Shown: positions 6,163-7,324 of the stretch, one piece after another
How positions within the stretch are numbered: the first letter of the stretch is position 1
Layout: every line of letters starts with the position of its first letter
Origin: Neoechinorhynchus agilis
Lineage: Eukaryota; Animalia; Acanthocephala
Reading direction: 5' to 3'
DNA: 7,324 bases
NCBI GenBank assembly: GCA_051530055.1
Contig: JBMGUZ010000096.1
Location: 1-7,324, forward strand
The notes under the pieces: generated by a model
Seen by the model: only the letters and a program-made list of their open reading frames with translations
Told to the model about the DNA's origin: nothing
Databases searched by the model: none
Made by a program: the position numbers and the translations under genes

Positions 6163-7324
6163 CCCCAAAGAAGAGAGTGATTCCATCTCCGGCGAAGCCA
6201 AAGTCCGATAAATCCTTCACTGGGTTTCTATTCCGCTCAGATTGCAAATGACAGGATTCAATCATTTCTTAGGGACGTCGAGTGAGTCGATTCGTTGGCG
6301 CGAAGCAACCACAGGACTTTCCCCAGAGAGAGTGATTCCATCTCCGGCGAAGCCAAAGTCCGATAAATCCTTCACTGGGTTTCTGTTCCGCTCAGATTAT
6401 AAGCGACAGGATGGAATCATTTCTTAGGGACGTCGAGTGAGTCGATTCGTTAGCACGAAGCAACCACAGGACTTTCCTCAGAAAGGGGGGTGATTCCATC
6501 TCCAGCGAAGCCAAAGTCTGATAAATCCTTTACTGGGTTTCTATTCCTCTTCAGATTATAAGCGACAGGATGGAATCATTTCTTAGGGACGTCGAGTGAG
6601 TCGATTCGTTAGCACGAAGCAACCACAGGACTTTCCTCAGAAGGGGGGTGATTCCATCTCCAGCGAAGCCAAAGTCTGATAAATCCTTTACTGGGTTTCT
6701 ATTCCGCTCAGATTGCAAATGACAGGAAGGAATCATTTCTTAGGGACGTCGAGTGAGTCAATTCGTTGTTGGCGACATTTCAATGCCGAGAAATAGAAAA
6801 GAAGAAAGTAGCAAAATAACCACAGGACTTTCCCCAGATGGAGTGATTCCATTTCCGGTGAAGCCAAAGTCTGATAAATCCTTTACTGGGTTTCTATTCC
6901 GCTCAGATTGCAAATGACAGGATTCAATCATTTCTTAGGGACGTCGAGTGAGTCGATTCGTTAGCACGAAGCAACCACAGGACTTTCCTCAGAAGGGGGG
7001 GTGATTCCATCTCCAGCGAAGCCAAAGTCTGATAAATCCTTTACTGGGTTTCTATTCCGCTCAGATTGCAAATGACAGGAAGGAATCATTTCTTAGGGAC
7101 GTCGAGTGAGTCAATTCGTTGTTGGCGACATTTCAATGCCGAGAAATAGAAAAGAAGAAAGTAGCAAAATAACCACAGGACTTTCCTCAGATGGAGTGAT
7201 TCCATTTCCGGTGAAGCCAAAGTCTGATAAATCCTTTACTGGGTTTCTATTCCGCTCAGATTGCAAACGACAGGATGGAATCATTTCTTAGGGACGTCGA
7301 GTGAGTCGATTCGTTAGCACGAAG
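6163..7324. repeat. Tandem array 2 (satellite-like), 155/158/195-nt units, runs off the window end
   Basis: The marker GTGATTCCAT occurs at 6177, 6332, 6490, 6648, 6843, 7001 and 7196 (spacings 155, 158, 158, 195, 158, 195). It has no evident similarity to array 1. Confidence 0.97.

Noticed and set aside
6420-6482. Hammerhead-like CUGAGGA...GAAA on the minus strand of array 2
   Set aside because: The segment between the two motifs does not form stem II with a closing pair, and there is no UH cleavage triplet in the right position.
6242-7291. Short ORFs in array 2
   Set aside because: Repeat-derived. Internal stops vary by copy and unit lengths of 155 and 158 are not multiples of 3.
2577-7324. 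CRISPR-like arrays
   Set aside because: The units are long and near-identical with no unique spacers, the context is eukaryotic, and there are no cas genes.

Overview
Eukaryotic (animal) genomic DNA with very short GT-AG introns (41-48 nt). Two convergent spliced genes are present. On the + strand is the 3' part of a neurabin/spinophilin-family gene (PDZ C-terminal end, coiled coil, poly-Pro, SAM; stop at 1801-1803). On the - strand is a two-exon gene (5866->4674, ~383 aa) encoding an uncharacterised protein with a periodic Pro-linker/hydrophobic-strand core. Between their 3' ends lies tandem array 1 (2577-4458; 8 units of 220-248 nt plus a 20-nt terminal redundancy). Upstream of the minus gene lies an unrelated tandem array 2 (~6163 to window end; 155/158/195-nt units, incipient 353-nt higher-order repeat). 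Most small ORFs in the track are by-products of the arrays or of alternative frames. The best leads are the Pro-rich protein family, a pseudoknot/hairpin-U7 module found only in the 248-nt units of array 1, a 25/28-nt motif shared just downstream of both stop codons (an inverted pair bracketing array 1), and a 16-nt inverted copy of nearby exon sequence at the array 1 right junction. No novel system can be demonstrated from the sequence alone.
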